Source: Phoronis australis (Eukaryota > Animalia > Phoronida). Taken from it: a DNA stretch of 64,000 nucleotides. This document shows, one piece after another, positions 24,901 through 39,900 of this stretch (within the stretch, counting starts at the first letter, position 1; each line of letters begins with the position of its first letter). Below the pieces are notes generated by a model that saw nothing but the letters and a program-made list of their open reading frames with translations, made no database searches and was not told the DNA's origin. The stretch spans positions 935,294 to 999,293 of the forward strand of contig NMRA01000041.1 in NCBI GenBank assembly GCA_002633005.1, read 5' to 3'. A program made the translations under genes and the position numbers.

Positions 24901-27900
24901 TCGTCAAGACAAGGTAAAAATTACAAAGCCCGTTGCCCCAATTCTCAGATTCAAGCCTTATCGAGTAGTAATCATCCGCTGAACGTTTTAGTGACACGGG
25001 AGTTGCGTGGATCCTAAATTAGCGTTTCCAAAATTTTCCTTGTCCGAAAGTCGCGGGACAAAAATCCGACGTTTATGACATTGTCCGAAATTCGAGGATC
25101 ATTGAAAAACAGTTTTTGGACCTTGTACGAATTTCGTGGACCATGAAAAACTTATTTTGGAAATATTTATTCTTGGTCGAAAATGGCGGGCCGTCCGAAA
25201 ATCACGCGACTTTACCGTAACTTTTAGTATACTGTAGAGCACAATTTTGCTTCTGTCCAAGGCACTGCAATGAAGTACTGTAAAACTAAGGAGGACTGTC
25301 TTTCACTTGGTGACCTAGAGTGCGTCAAGACCACGTGTGAATGGGGGCTATGCTCGTGTCCGCGAGGGAAAGCCTCTCGCTACCTGGGCTCCGAGAAACT
25401 GTTCAAGTGTGTCAGACGTAAGTAGTTCTGGTCAGTTTTAAAATAAACCAATGAGTAGAAAGTCAGCTTACATCGTATAGTTAACACCTTGACGTGACAA
25501 ACATTATGGACATTGAAAGGATATCTTCATTTTCAAATTAAACAAATTAGTAAAACTTAAGTAAAATTTCACCTTTGCACTTCGTCCATTCTTTTACTAT
25601 GTCTCTTATTTTGTACATCTACAGTATGGTAAAACCATACTTATCTGTTAACTAAGTTAACAAAGGACGTCCTAACCAGCAATATTTACCTGTGTTGCAC
25701 GAATACTACTATTTCCCTGTGGTTGACATTGCAAAGAACCTCAAAAGTAACTCTAACAGTTTCGTAACTTGCGAGATATTTCCACAGAAAATAAAGTTGG
25801 CCAGTCCTGCTCCGAGGACGGGGATGATGGAGTGTGTGGTGCTGACAACTCGTTCTGCATCAACGGCACATGTGAATGTGAGCCAGGCTACATTAGCCGA
25901 TTTGGTGGTGAAATTTGTATGCGTGTCAGGGAAATCTATCCATCTGAAACACTATCAGGGTCTTCATCATCATGTCAGAACAGTGGTAGAGGAAGGCCAC
26001 CAAGTTTCGTGAATGGCGGTCCAGCAGTTTGCACCTGCCCACAAGGTTCACAGACGCAACTCCCCAACACTTTCGGCAATACCTTCCAAGGAAAGAAAAT
26101 CCCCACATGTATAGGTTGTAAGTAAAACTAACAAAGATTTTGAAAGAGCAGCACACGTCAAATGTAAAGGACAATAAGTCACAAAATTTCCTGTTACAAT
26201 GGCCGAGTACAAGCATATAAAGCCTTCAAACCAGCTCTCCGTTTTTACCCGGAATTATGAGAAATTTCTCTGGATAACAACCAGGCTGAAATGCATGGAT
26301 TTATCATGGCCAGAATGACCAAGCAGTTCATTACAGTTAGAATGACCAAGTCATGATCATTTACCACACATTTTCACAATAACCAGAATTAGATGTCGTA
26401 ACATGGAAATGATATGCCTCATTACATTTGGTATGTATTGCACCATTTGGTATGCACTGTACCATTTGGTATGTACTGTACCATTTGCAAAGGAATATGC
26501 AGTCACTGAAACGTGAAGAGATGGAATGTAAAATTAGCAGGTTTAGCAAAACATGTATCAGGAGATGAGTGCTGTGCACTGTTAATGATGACGTGACGTC
26601 AGATCAATAATGTACACAAACTGTAAAACGAGATTTTCTCAGAAAATTTGATATTCGCATGCTTCCGACACATTTGTTGGTGTTTGCACGCTTCCAACAC
26701 GTTTGTTTTTAGTTATTGACAACACTGCTTAGCAGCAAACTGGGTCTGAAGTATGTGCTTGTCTTTTTAGCTGGTGTAGGCGACTTTTGTGTGGTGGATG
26801 AAGACTGCCAATTCATACAAAGCAATGCTGTATGTAAAGACAATAAGTGCGCCTGTGAGAACAAAGACCATGTCGCAGACATATCACGACTCCGCTGTGG
26901 CCCACGTAAGTGTCTGCTGAAACTATTGTTTCATGGGATTAATGTGGAAATAGAACAAATCTGTTGTTAATGATGAGAATAAAGTCTTTTAACATTTTTA
27001 ACATGACCATGCTCTGTGAACATTTCAACACTCACTAGAGATTCTACCATGATGTAGTATCTTGATGTTGCTCTGAATATAAATGTAAGACTGTATCCTG
27101 GCAAGAATTGTTAAGAACCAAAATTTGAGTACCATAAGTTGCCATAGTCACCCCACTGAAGACTACTGTAATCCTTTCTATAACTGGTCAGAGTAGACTA
27201 CATGATCTGCCTAAGGACGAAAAATAAATTTTAGCCGAGGTAATCCGAGACGCACTAAGTGAAGACTTCGAAATACATAGTACGAAATCTCACCAATTTC
27301 AGACCAAAATAACATCCAAAGTACATGTTGCTGTTGTAAATACACACAACATCTCAAAACATTGTTTGGTGAGAGCTACGTTACAGCATTTAGGGCTTCT
27401 ATCCTGTGCCCACCGTGAGTTGGTGTGATCTAACTGTAAATTGTTGTTAGTTTGAATGTTCATTTTTCTATTAATATTTGAAACAAATAAGCTTTCTCCT
27501 TATTTTTGGTAAAGATCGCATACATGAAAATCAACTTTCATGAAGTGGACATTCCCGGCTGGCTTATTTCTATTTACTTTGGTCAAATTACTTAGAAAAC
27601 AACATGGTCAATCACTGAATTGTGTCCAGTATCGTGACGTGGTGCTGGGGACTGCATGATGTGGGTTATGTGAGCCTGGGAGATTAGTCATTACTGCAGT
27701 CACACATTTGCAGAAATTTTTGTCTTCACATAAAATTGTCAATGCCATTGAATACAACTTCTTATGGTTTAGTATTGATTAATTCCTGCTATACTTTAGC
27801 ACAGTTAGGAGCATGGAAATACATCTCTAATCTCCACATTAATACAAATTGGAATTCGTCCAACATTGTTTCAGCGCTCACATTTGGACAAGCGTGTATT

Positions 27901-30900
27901 GCCGGCTCGACTATTGGTGTATGTACTGGGTCAAAGGGTCTCTCATGCGGCCCCAATGTGTGTGATGTCAAGGCCAGCTCAACGACGAACATAACATGCG
28001 GGTGTCATTATACATACATACAGAGTGGTACAACATGCCAATCCAGTAAGTATATCTTACACACACATATAGCATCGTTGTTAAAAGCCATAGAGAATTA
28101 TCGAAGAGGTATTAAGATGTTCTTTATAAGCTGCACACGAGATCAAAATAATGTTGAACAAAGACCACGCAAGCTGAGAAGTTGGTCTCACCTTGCCCCC
28201 CCCCACACAGAAATGAAAGGCTTGAACAGAACTGCCATCAGTGTGTTATTGCTTAAGACCAGCTTAAACAAGAGCAAGGCAAAGCATTGAAATGCACCTA
28301 CAGCTACACTGGGAACGATACCCTTCTTGGAGTGTTGAGAAATATCATAAAAATGGCCGCTTGGTTGCACAGAATATGATGAGCTCATCCGAAAATGCTA
28401 AAGCGTCCATGCAAATACACATTATCAAGCAAAAAGTAAAAAACTCCACTTGTCAATAGGGGGCGCAGTGGTAACTGAATCTGTACAAAAGCCATTGTCA
28501 TCCGTTACCAGCTTTATAGGAAGACGTATGCAAACTTTCGTGAATATCCTGCAACAGGTTTGAGACACAACAATGGATGACGGACAACATGACAGAGATG
28601 ACAACAAAATACACCCAACAAGTGTCTAGTCATCATAAAAAATAAGAAAATTCCTTTTTATGTAACTATAACCCAGGCATTTCTGAGCATTCACTTTTCT
28701 GTTTCCAGGGAAAATAGGAGACGAATGCTATGGCGACGAAAACTGCAAAGGAATTAACATGAACGCGATCTGCGTGGATGGGTATTGCCAGAATGGTGAG
28801 TAACAACAAGTAAATCAATCAAAATATGACAGGTAAGGGCAGATAACACATGTAGGAGAAATTCTGATGAGGTAAAAACGTGTAGCACCAACCAGTTATT
28901 ATCAAAACCAAGCAGAATTGGAGTTTTCGACCACAAAATAATTGATAAAGAGAACAAGTCTTGCAAATTGAAATTCTGGCTTTCGATGAATCTTTTGCCA
29001 GCGAATGAAAATAATTTAGAAAGTTTGATGAAAATGATTTTGTGTGAGTGTGATGAACAAAAACGCAGTGATTAAATTCTGTAAATTTGAAGATTTAATT
29101 TATTAAATATATCATTAGCCTGAGGAAAAACCAAAACAATTCTTCTAAATGTAACATAGTCAACATCAAAATTTCAGATATTTCAACCACGCAATAGTTA
29201 ATTATCACAACGCGATCCCGCTCGTCTCCATACGGTATCCTCAACAAATGTGATTAAACCAATTTACCATTTATTAATAAAATAAAATCTATTTTCAGCT
29301 GCTACCACCAAACATCTGTGTTTCACACTTCTACTATTCTGTGTGATAATCAGACTACTATAGATGACAAGTGTCCAGCTACAACACTTCTCGCCTGGAG
29401 AAGACTGCAATACCAACTGAACGAATTAAGTTTCTCACTAAGTTCCTACTCCATAGTGACTGACACTAGTCAGACTGAACTGCAGATTGCTAATGCATTT
29501 TATGGTTTCTTTCAATGTTAATCTCATACACCTATGGGTGATAATCACTCACATCGGTCCTGGAATTTGAGAACCAGTTCCATGCCCGTTATTCAGTGAA
29601 GAAAACTGGTTCTTAAAATGCAGGATCCCTGTAAGTGGGGAGGAGGTAGTGTGGACTTGTGTGATAGGTGCTCACTTTCTTTACTCAAGACCGTGGGTTC
29701 AAGTCCCGCTGGGTCACACTGCTGGACTCTTGAGCCAGGTTCGTAGCTCCTCAGCTCGGTTTTAACGATATACTAATAAAGCACAGAAGTTGTTCCAGGT
29801 GATCAGTGCAATGGGCCCATGTGCACACCCTGTGCATGTCTGGTACAACGTGTAACAGACCGCCTCCAATGCACACGTCTGGTACAACATGCATCAGACT
29901 ACCAGCAATGCACACGTCTAGTACAACATGTATCAGACTGCCAGCAATGCACACGTCTGGTACAACATGTATCAGACCGCCAGCAATTATTTGATTTAAA
30001 GTGATTATTACCCACCAATGTATAGGATATTGGTAGTACAAGAAATTGGAAGTGTACAGTTCTGTGTCATTAACAATGGTTTTATGTTGTGCTTTAGACC
30101 GTTTTTTGTTTTATTTACAAAAACAACACGACTAAACCATCGTCGTGTCATGAGACTAAAGATCATCAATTGACAATCTCTAGACTTCAGCCAGTAGATG
30201 TCAAGTCAGTGAGCATAGTAGTTTGACCATGACAAGGACATAAACAGGCCACAGTAAGGGCGAACACTTAAATATAGTTTGGAAACATGTTAAAGTGTAC
30301 AAGTCTGATGCAAAGTAGTGGTATGCACTGATGGCTCACAACTAACTGTGGTACAAGACAAAAGTATTCAGTCAAAATTTTGCATGCGCATCATGATGGC
30401 TAACTCTGCTAACAAAATTGTAGAAAGGCTTAACTATCTTACTAACTTTCCTGTTCACTCCTCTTTATTTTCGGAAATCAGGGGAGACTACTCTGACAAT
30501 GAATTCGGTTTCCACCCAGCCATCATGACAGGGAATTCTGGGTAATTTTGTCTCACTACTTTTTGTGTGTAGTATACATGCTCCAAGGAGTTTACAAACT
30601 GTCATGTCATACAAAAAGACTACACAATTTACATCAGGGTAGAAATCAGAATTGGCAAACACCTTTTAGTACCTTTCTTTCATAAAGTTTGGTAAATTGA
30701 AAAAGTTTACCATAAATTTGGACTCAAACCAATTATTTTTTCTTCCATTCACCGCACATTTTGTTTTGCCTCCAGAATACGTTTAAAACAGACTTATAGT
30801 TCCTCTAAAGACACCCATAGAAATGAGGCTCTCAGAGACAATCAACCATGCCAAAATATTCCCCAGCAAACCACCACCAAATTTTGTCGAGCTGATTTCT

Positions 30901-33900
30901 AAAAACAACTTTTGTTCAAACCGACTATTTTTCATATTAGGTACTCACCTATTGACATCATCAACACAGGTCGCTGCGTTAACACACGGCTCTGGCAGAC
31001 ATTCATCGATATCAGTTTCACAATTCTTGCCCTCATAACCCGGCACACAATGGCAACTGTAGTCATCAACAAGGTCCTCGCACGTTGAGTTGTGTTGACA
31101 GGGGGAGCTACCACACTCATTGATGTTTAATTCGCAGTTGAATCCAGTGAAACCTTGAAAAAGGCAAACGAATATTCAGATACTCTTTCCCATAGTTTCA
31201 GACATTACACGTGACAGAGAATTATTATTGAAATAAGGTGCGACAAGATGAATACTTGGAAATGCGACTAGTACACCTAAGAGTGGTTACCAGGAAAACC
31301 AACGTGTTTACTGTAATGCTGAACTGAACACTAGCATACTGCATGAAGCACATTTACAATTCATTCAAAAATCTATCTTAGGAAACTCATTAAAAAATAA
31401 CAGTCCAAAATGTGATGTCGAGAGCGAAAATGCTGGACAGTCTTTAACAAATCCAATCAGTTCACACTGATTTCCACTGCCTTTCTGAATCCCATAATGT
31501 TGATAAGCTTATTCTAATATCACTCCAAGCAGAGGCACATTCAAAATGGTTAAAATGGGAAAAGACTCCACAAGCGACAGACTAGATCTTGAAAGGGTTA
31601 TTTGATGTTCACAATAGCCTCTGCTACAAGTGATCCAACAGCAACACAAGAATATTGAGTTATTTACAGCACACTTACCACGCACACAACCACACGAGTA
31701 TGACCCGTTTGTATGTGTAGCGCATGTTGCGTTATTCCTACACTGGTTGTAACCGACACTGCAGGGGTCATAGCGCGTCTCGCACAAACGACCGGTGTAA
31801 AATGGCGCACAACGACATGTGAAATTCGCCTGATCATCAACACAAGTGGCATTGTTCAGGCAGGGATTACTCTCGCATTCATTTATTGGTTGAGAACAGT
31901 TCTTGGAAGTCCAGCCTGCTGTACACTCGCATCTTGAAAAAAATTAAGGCCATCAAGACAAAAACAAAGTAACATTTTGTAAGTCAAAATCCTGAACTCG
32001 GCTCAATTCACAAACACTGAGTCAAACTAATCAAGTAAAAGCTGCAGAACATTGAGAAAGTTTTCACCACTTCTGATGATGTCATAAAAATCAGTTCTGA
32101 TGTCACCAACATCAGTACTGATGATGTCACCAACATCACCACTGAGTGTACTGGCATTGCTTGGAGAAACAGTTAGTTACCTTGTGTGCAGTTTGAAAGG
32201 GGAGATGGCAACAAGTAATGTTTGGAAATACTTTAATGTCAAAAGGGTGTGACTTGATTATTAGGGCAACACATAAGAAACAAAACACCATTCATTCACA
32301 GTCTCACAATAGAGCCATAAGGCAACCGAGAAACACAATATTTTTAAAGCTGTTTCTGCCACCAACTTTCGCCAATCTTGATCTCAAGAAAACCGCAGGT
32401 ATGCAAGTTGACAACTCACTTGTAATCGTTCAACAGGTCCTCACATCGCCCTCCATTGGCACACGGTGATGACGCGCAATCGTCCACGTCCTGCTCACAG
32501 AAATTACCCTCCCACCCAGAACTGCACTGACACCTGTAGGCCAACACCAGGTCGATACACGTAGCCCCGTTCTTACAGTTGTTCCCCTGACAGTCGTCCA
32601 CGGGTCGATCGCAGTCAGGACCATCCCAGCCTGGCTGGCACTGACAGAGATAACTGTCAATGCCATCAACACAGAATCCGTTGGTGCAGTTGCCGGGGCA
32701 GTCGTTGATATTCCGTTGACATCGATTGCCTAAGGAGAAAAAAAGTGATCTCAGAAGCATAAGTAAGTCACTCAAAACAACGCACTATGGCAACTGCCCT
32801 GCAAGTAAGCATACTTTAGCTGTGGACATCGCTTAAAGGTGCCCCTTCCATTGTTAGTAAACAATAGGGATAGAAACAAGGCAAAACAATTACTAACAGT
32901 GTTTCTGTCAGTGGAGTGTAGGAAGTTTTCTGATTGAGTCAATTACATTTAATTCATTTAAATAACACCTCGGGAAAATTCAAAATCATAGTCACAGTAT
33001 GAGTAAATACTGAATTTTTACTTTTGTAAGCACAGAAACAAAAGCTATAAATAAACTTTATGATAGAGTAAATGTTTTGTACAACAGTAACCACAAAGCA
33101 AAAACAACTACTTTTGCCCAAAGGGGGCATAACAAACAGTCTTGAGAGTGTAATATGTTCTCTAAGGCAAGCATGCCATCCAGTTACAGGTTATTACTTT
33201 GTGGAAAGCTGATAGCTCAATTTGCACAGTTGTAGCAGGGTTCAAATTTTACCACAATATAAATGACAAAATGCATCTAGTTTGGCTATTCTGTTTGTAA
33301 ACTGTTTAAGAAAGGAACACACAACAATATAGAGGAATTTTGTTTTAAAGTTGCTTCAAAGTAGTGAAAATTTTAACTTCTTGGCATTGGGCTGAGTTTC
33401 AAAGTTAGAAGCATAAATTAAAATCAAGACTCGAACCCTGCAATAAATTAGTGATTGAGAAATGTGACTGATTTCGAGCCCTGCTTCTGTTTTGATAACA
33501 ATATTATAATCGAGGTGCCTCTCACCAGCGAATCCAGATGGACAAGAGCACACAAAGCCGTCTACTCTTGTCAGGTCCAGCGTACACGTGCCTCCCTGTT
33601 CACATGGCAACTCGTCGCATGGCAACAGTGAACAGTTGGCACCTCTGTATGGGTACGGGCAGTCGCAGATGAACTTGTTAATGGCGTCCCGGCAGGAACC
33701 ACCATTCTGACACGGCGACGAAGCACACTCGTCTATATCAGTCTCACAGTATTTTCCTGAAAATAAAACGGATTTAAGTTGGAACTCAAACGAAGTTCAT
33801 CAGATATCAATAGTAACACTGATCCAATTGATGTGTTCCAAAAAATAAAGCAATTTAACTTCACCTTAGACATAAGTCTCATAACAAAGAAAAAAAGACA

Positions 33901-36900
33901 TTGACTTCCCAGTAAATTTGATCCTCAGTCAAGAGATTGCCAAAACTAAACCTAGCTTCGATGGCCTTATGGCATCCAAAAACTTGAATTAGCTAAATGA
34001 ATAAATAATCAAATAAGTAATAGCAACGCTAAATATATTAAGCTAAATTAAGCATAAAACATCAATCGCTCACAGCTCACCTGTATAACCAGGTATACAA
34101 CCACACCTGAAGTCGTTCACAAGGTCAGTGCAGTTGGCTCCATGCTGGCATGACACAGACTCGCAGTCGTCAATATTCGCCTCACACATTACACCTGAGA
34201 ATGAAAGAAAAGGGTAAAAAACAATCCGCGGGTAATCCACAAGATAGGTCAGACGCATCAAACCTGGCCTTAATTTCAGTTCCAGCAATGTTGGAAATAA
34301 TGTTAGCTTAATACGGAATACATTTTCGACATCTTTTCCTAATTTAGAAGATTGCATTAGGGTTATGTAGGTCCTCATCAACTTAACGTTGTATTTAGCC
34401 AGACATCTATGTTATTATAGACTGATTTAAAATAAAAAGCCTGAAAGTAGAAAGCCTGCCTGAAGAATTTCATTCTTTAAGTTTTAACCAGCCACCCATT
34501 AATTGGGTCATGTAAATATGAATTTTCAGTAAAAGAAGAGTGTAATATATTGATAACAAAACAACAGTATCAGTAACATGATCCAAACTCATTTCCCATA
34601 AATATTGAAGATGAATTCTCAAGAATGCTGTTACAGTTTTCGAAAATGTCATCTCCTTTTCGTTTTATGCAACTTAAAAGAGATTGTTCATGAAAACCAG
34701 TGCTATTTTTGGATAGACTCTCGAGAAAAAGTGGAACATTTTAAAAACAAATCCTAACATCACTATGAAGAACAGTGCATCAAGGGTAGTATGTGAAGCT
34801 TTCACATGTACGAGCTACGATGTTGTGAAGTTCAACAAATCTGGAATTTGTTCTATGGTTCTACATAAATTTAATGAATAATTAATCATGAAAATCTAAT
34901 AACTGGTCACGTGAGCATAACGGAACTATACACTTGTCTAACAGAGGTGGCCCTGCACAACATCTTTCAATAGCATTAGTAAGCATTTCAGGAACATACT
35001 TCACAACACAACAAACCCAACTAAAAAAACATTCATATAAAACAAGAATTGTGCTGTTCAGCATATTATTTAAACGCGCATGGTGACACAAAAAACAGAT
35101 TGAAACCATTGACCATTATGGAATTTGTCTCAAAATGTTTCTTAATGATATTCAATATGATTTATGATAGTCCATAGTTTTCTTATCACAGCAGGTCTCA
35201 AGGAAGAACTTTTTGTCCTTGCAAGCCCAGATACCATTTATCTGAGAAAAGAGCTGGCCAAGACCAATTTTACAGACTAAGTGGTCTGAAACAAAAGTTA
35301 ATTTCTTTGACAGAACATGGGTTTATGGTCGCCTAAACATGCCATTTTCACAGCCAGCAATACAATCGTTCAGTGTCACCCCTCCCAGTAACCACTCACC
35401 TGTGAAGCCAGGTAAACACTGACAGGTAAACACGGCTACACCGTCTATACACGCAGCATTGTTCTTACATGGTGAGCTGGCACAGTCATCTTTATTAACT
35501 TCACAGTTATCACCTGGGAAAAAACGTACAAAAATCATTAACGAAATAAAGCATTGCTAAGGCAAACGAGCCATACCTGAGAAGTCACTTGATGACAAAT
35601 TGCAGTGATCGTTACAATTAATAAGCTACGTTTTGCTCAAATTTAAGTCGCCTTGATTGAATATTTTCCAATGGATAAATGCCACCAGCTATCAGACTAA
35701 TTCCCTAGAAGCAATACGAGATATCTATGAGCTTTAGAGCAACAGTGATTATAATTCAATAAAAGCTGCAAAATTTAACAAACTGTATCAATACACTTTT
35801 TCTGCTTTACAAACACTACTTTCAAAACACTAAGATATGACTCCTAATTCTCCAACGTTCATCACAAGGACTGAATGCAGTCACTAAATTTCCAACTTTT
35901 CTTCGATTATTCTTGATCATGAGTTTGTTATCATGACGTGCTCAGACGTGTTTGACATTCACCCAAGCATAAATGTTGGCTAAGCCAGTAAGATGCCATT
36001 AACCGAAACTCTGTCAAAATTACTAAGTTGATTTACAATGCTTACCGTTATAAAACTGGACTCGGCTTGTTCTTTACTTACAAACGTTTGATCATTATTA
36101 TTCGAGACCATGATCAACAAGCTGCCTTGACCAGCCAGGTCATCTTAAGTGTCAATCATAGTTTAAGCGATACCGAACTATCAATTACTCTCATGCCGAG
36201 ACATCACCTCTAACCTTTGTAAGGAACAAGATGAGACAAGGTTCATATCGCTAAAGGGACTACATCAAATGAAGGTTTAGAGCTACTTCAGGAAAAACGT
36301 GTCTTGACATATTTACTTGGTTCCTTCCAACGTACCTTTAAATCCATTTCTACAGAAGCAGGTGTAGCCATTAATACCATCGACGCAGATTCCACCATTT
36401 TGACACGGGTCACTCTGACATTCATCAATATTAACCTAAAATAGCAAATTACGGTAAAAAAATAAATATTATAGAATGTCTTCTAACAAGACAAACATAG
36501 TCTATTGAATTGATACAAAACATATTCATTGTTACCTAGGTGACTTTGATGTATGTGCATCACAAGTGTTAAACACAAATAAGCTTTTTGTAACAAAATC
36601 TACTGACCGGTATATTTTCTCAATTACTGGAGCTCAACAAGACCGTGATGTGTAGTAGATAAGGAAGCAAAAAGCAATAAAAATATTCAACCATCTGAAA
36701 AGCCACAGGTAAAAGAAATTGGAAAAAAAATATTTACCTCACAGTAAACACCCATAAAGCCAGGCGGGCAGTTGCACTTGTAGCCGTTAACCAGATCTAT
36801 GCAAGTGGAACCATTTGTGCACAAGCTACTGACACAGTCGTCAATATCTATACCACATGCGACACCCGTAAAACCGGACAGGCAAGAGCACGTAAATCCA

Positions 36901-39900
36901 TTAAACACATCGGTACAACTGGCATTGTTGCGACAGGGGTTTGACAAGCATTCGTTCTGTTCCAGTTCACAGTATGTGCCAGTGTAACCAGGCTGACAGA
37001 AACATGTGTAGCTATTAGTCTCGGAAGGTACCGGAAGACAGAATGCGTTATTTTGACAAGGACTATCACTGCAGCTTCTTGCGGTTATGTTACAATATGT
37101 GCCCACAATTCCTCCAGCACACTGACAGGTGTAGGTCTGTACACCGTCTACACATGTACTGTTTTCAGCACACAGATTCCCTGCGCAATCATCTACGTTG
37201 ATCTGACAGAGATCTCCTTCGAAACCCGCTGGGCAACTACACTGAAAACCGTTCAGTCTATCATGGCATGTTCCGCCATTTTGGCATATGAGACTCGGCG
37301 AAGCGCATTCATCGATCTCGCGTTCACACGTGACGCCCTCGTAACCAGGTACACACTGACACTGCCAGCCATAGAAACCTGCTGTGTCGACACAGGAGGC
37401 ATTATTCTGACATGGATTCGACAGGCATCGACTGATGAAGTTACAGTGTGTGTCATACAGGCGAGTATCGTTAGGACATAGACAAGAGTAAGACTGAACA
37501 CCATCCACACAGACTGCACTGTTGTTGCAAGGGTTGGATGAACAATCATCTATGTTCACTTCACAGTACCGACCAGTGTATCCAGCAAGGCAATCGCATC
37601 TGCAAACATATTTGATTACTTCATTTAAAGTGGCTATAATCATGGTTTCCATCACAACTACTCATAATTCAGACCACTTACTATAAATTGTGAAACTGTT
37701 CCTTTGTCAAGTTGGAGATGATATCAGGGCATCAAAAAAACTCGCTATTTGTTATTGGATGAGGTCAAGAGGTCGGATGAGATCAAGAGGTCAAGCTCTA
37801 TAAATTGGCATGTCAGCCCATGTTATCATGTGCACAGAATGGTTTTAAGAAATAAACAGTTCTTCTGTACCTCCCATCTGAGATCAGCAGACAGGGGTTT
37901 AAAGCCACTCAAATGCATGATACTGTTGCTAACCACAATCTGAATGATGAAGTCAAACATATTTAACACTACAAACTAAGGACTAAGGCCTAATTATAAG
38001 TACAGTATTTCAGTCACTGCACTTACAGTGATATCATGGCTTATAAGTTAATCATTACCAATACACCACATATTGCAAAGAAGCCAATTTCTGATCAAAT
38101 TATAACTTGATGCCTTGTTCACAGCCAGTCAACAAAGGATACAAACCCTAATTAATTCAACAAAGGTTTTAGTTGTAGTGGAGAAAATACGACAAAATAC
38201 ATGTTTGAAGGATTAGTTGTTTCCAAAGTAAACTAAATAGAGGAGTGGAATAGATTGTGCGGATTCACATAGGAAGAATTGCAACATGTAAAGCTACAAA
38301 AAAACTTGAATGCTATGATTAAATGCCAAGACCAAACAAACAGGATTCATTCCAATCATTACAATTAACACAATATAAGAGGTTTAAACAGATTTACCTG
38401 AAACCATTAATGAGATCTACACAGGAAGCATTATTGGAACAGTTGTGTCGTACGCACTCATCTGAGTTGATGCTACAGTTCAAACCAGTGAATCCTGGCT
38501 GACACACACACGTGTACGTATCAATTCCATCTACACACTCCCTGGTTCCGTTGACATCACACGGGTTGGAGGCACAATCGTCAACATTAATAGAGCAATT
38601 TCTCCCTTCAAAGCCTGCCAAATAGAGTGAATATTATCACAATGATGTCCTCTGGGAAGCCATTATGATACAAAAACTAATTATACGATAACATTTATCA
38701 AAGCATGCTCCATGGTGTCAAATTCAGATGCATGACTACCAAAATCTGTAAATTTCTGGACAGGTCGTCAGGGAAACCACTCAATAATAACCAGTCACAT
38801 GAAAACCATTTGCAATCTGGTCAGATTAACTTATAACTTAATTTACAAGCAAAATATGCATGGCATTTCATAACAATAAACTTTGCATTTTCTTTACACA
38901 TTGACAAAAAGATAGTATAATACATCGATAAAATAAACAGATTCAAACCAACTTAATCATTTAAAAGGTGTCCTTTTCAGTGATGCATATATCATACTCA
39001 TACAGACATACCAGGTTGACAGTGACATCTATAGTCAGCTACCAAGTCCTCACAGGTGGCGTTGTTCGCACAAGGCACCGTAACACAATCATCGATGTTG
39101 ATGGAGCAGTTCTGACCTTCGAACCCATCCAGGCAAGTACAAGAATAATTAGCGACAAGATCTGTACAGGTTCCATTGTTTTGGCAAGGACTGGCAGAAC
39201 ACTCATCAAAATTGATACCACAGTGGTCACCAGTGTAGCCTAAAAATATCCCAAAAGACAAATATATAAACAAGAAATATTGGTTTAAGCTAACTTACTA
39301 ATTTTAAGTGAGACCGCGCCAGGCTTTCAGTCACGAAATTTGAAACTTCAGTCTAAAACAAAACAAGGCAAATTGAAATGGTTTAACACACCAAAAATAC
39401 TGCCTGTGAGCTCAGCCCGGATATAGTACATTCATTGAAAACTAAGAATAAACTTTCCTCATAACAAAACTTATTCCGAGAAACTCAAAATGAAAACAAA
39501 ACCTGCCATTGAAACAGCACATCCCAAAGTAACAGCTGCATTATGTCACAAGCCAGGGATAAGCAACCTCACTTTAAACTAAAGGTAGATTTTAAAACAG
39601 ACATGAAAAGAATATTTACATTTCAATTATGAAATCGTTAAAACAACCGACAAATTATACACAACAAGAGAACTAAGACAGTACAAAATGTTTAGTTTGT
39701 TCACTGACCGTCCACGCAGTAACACTGATATCCATTCACTTTGTCCACACATAAAGCTTTGTTAAGGCAAGGATTTGATTCACACTCATTGATGTCGACT
39801 TCACACAACTCCCCGGTGAAACCTAGGGAAAGATGAACAGTGTAAACACACCACATTCTATGGTACAAGTACACCACATTCTATGGTACAAATGGCACCA

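Noticed and set aside
29641-29715. tRNA gene (also 56930-56995 and a decayed head near 20720-20790)
   Set aside because: Pol III boxes are present but no intact cloverleaf, and a shared non-tRNA body follows, so these are SINE heads.
29751-30041. Repetitive ORFs ([12 protein letters not shown]; [13 protein letters not shown])
   Set aside because: Translations of the 39-bp SINE tail repeat.
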